Source: a virus (Duplodnaviria; Caudoviricetes). Taken from it: a DNA stretch of 25,279 nucleotides. Positions 24,984-25,279 of the stretch are shown in pieces. Under the pieces are notes generated by a model that made no database searches, had not been told where the DNA came from, and saw nothing but the letters and a program-made list of their open reading frames with translations. The DNA lies in IMG/VR virus record IMGVR_UViG_3300030372_000525, positions 1 through 25,279 of that record. The stretch is one strand, 5' to 3'. The first letter of the stretch is position 1; each line of letters opens with the position of its first letter. The translations under genes were made by a program, and so were the position numbers.

Positions 24984-25279
24984 ATGAATTTTCAAACAGG
25001 TAAAGCAGATCACATAGAAGACTATCTAGTTACTGTTAGAACTGGACAATGGTTTGGATGGTCTGACTCAAAGAATAAAGTCTATGCAAACCTAATCGTC
25101 CATGATGGCGGTTCTAAGCCTAGTGAAGCTGATGTAAATGCAGGGCTTAAGAAGTTACAAGATGACTTCGATGCTAAAGATTATGCGCGTAAAAGAAAAA
25201 AAGCTTATCCCTCAATACAAGATCAATTAGATATGCAGTATTGGGATAAAAAGAATGGAACTACTACATGGGTCGATGC
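24984..25279 (+). CDS. Tail-fibre-associated (assembly/chaperone-like) protein, 3'-truncated by the window edge
   Basis: Not in the ORF track. GGAG at 24971-24974 and ATG 24984. Reads MNFQTGKADHIEDYLVTVRTGQWFGWSDSKNKVYANL...KP....YARKRKKAYPSIQDQLDMQYWD... and is open to the end of the window. Confidence 0.75.
   Translation, partial: MNFQTGKADHIEDYLVTVRTGQWFGWSDSKNKVYANLIVHDGGSKPSEADVNAGLKKLQDDFDAKDYARKRKKAYPSIQDQLDMQYWDKKNGTTTWVD

Larger units (their letters stand above)
1..25279 (+). mobile_element. Segment of a T7-like podovirus genome (replication module, head-tail module, tail fibres); probable marine cyanopodovirus
   Basis: Gene order is colinear with T7 (gp2.5-gp3-gp4-gp6-gp8-gp9-gp10-terminator-gp11 to gp17), all on one strand with overlapping or 1-10 nt junctions. 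No host genes, integrase or att site are visible. The host assignment is inferred. Confidence 0.93.

Noticed and set aside
1-25279. Phage RNA polymerase promoter consensus, tRNA genes, att sites, introns or inteins
   Set aside because: I found no recurring ~20-bp intergenic motif, cloverleaf or splicing signature by eye. A motif search on the full genome would be needed to exclude weak promoters.

Overview
The window is a 25.3-kb, AT-rich, entirely plus-strand, densely packed segment of a T7-like podovirus (Autographiviridae-type gene order). It is most likely a marine cyanopodovirus, which is an inference from the small-ORF and tail-fibre content. It runs from the 3' end of the ssDNA-binding protein gene through endonuclease I, three small ORFs, primase/helicase, exonuclease, two small genes, portal, scaffold, major capsid with terminator, tail tubular proteins A and B, four internal virion (ejectosome) proteins, the tail fibre, a second fibre protein and a truncated fibre-associated protein. 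The main departures from the T7 template are: (1) no DNA polymerase between helicase and exonuclease, and a helicase lacking the acidic polymerase-binding tail; (2) an ejectosome whose three large subunits each carry an extra domain (gp14 with a Peptidase_S74-like domain, gp15 with a lytic transglycosylase and EF-hand, a 2185-aa gp16 with an HExxH metallopeptidase); (3) an ~90-aa domain shared by the nozzle protein and the tail fibre; (4) apparent avoidance of GGWCC, GAATTC and CTGCAG; (5) a structured capsid leader; (6) several unlisted small or overlapping ORFs. All assignments come from motif reading and synteny. No database search was run, and all counts are manual.
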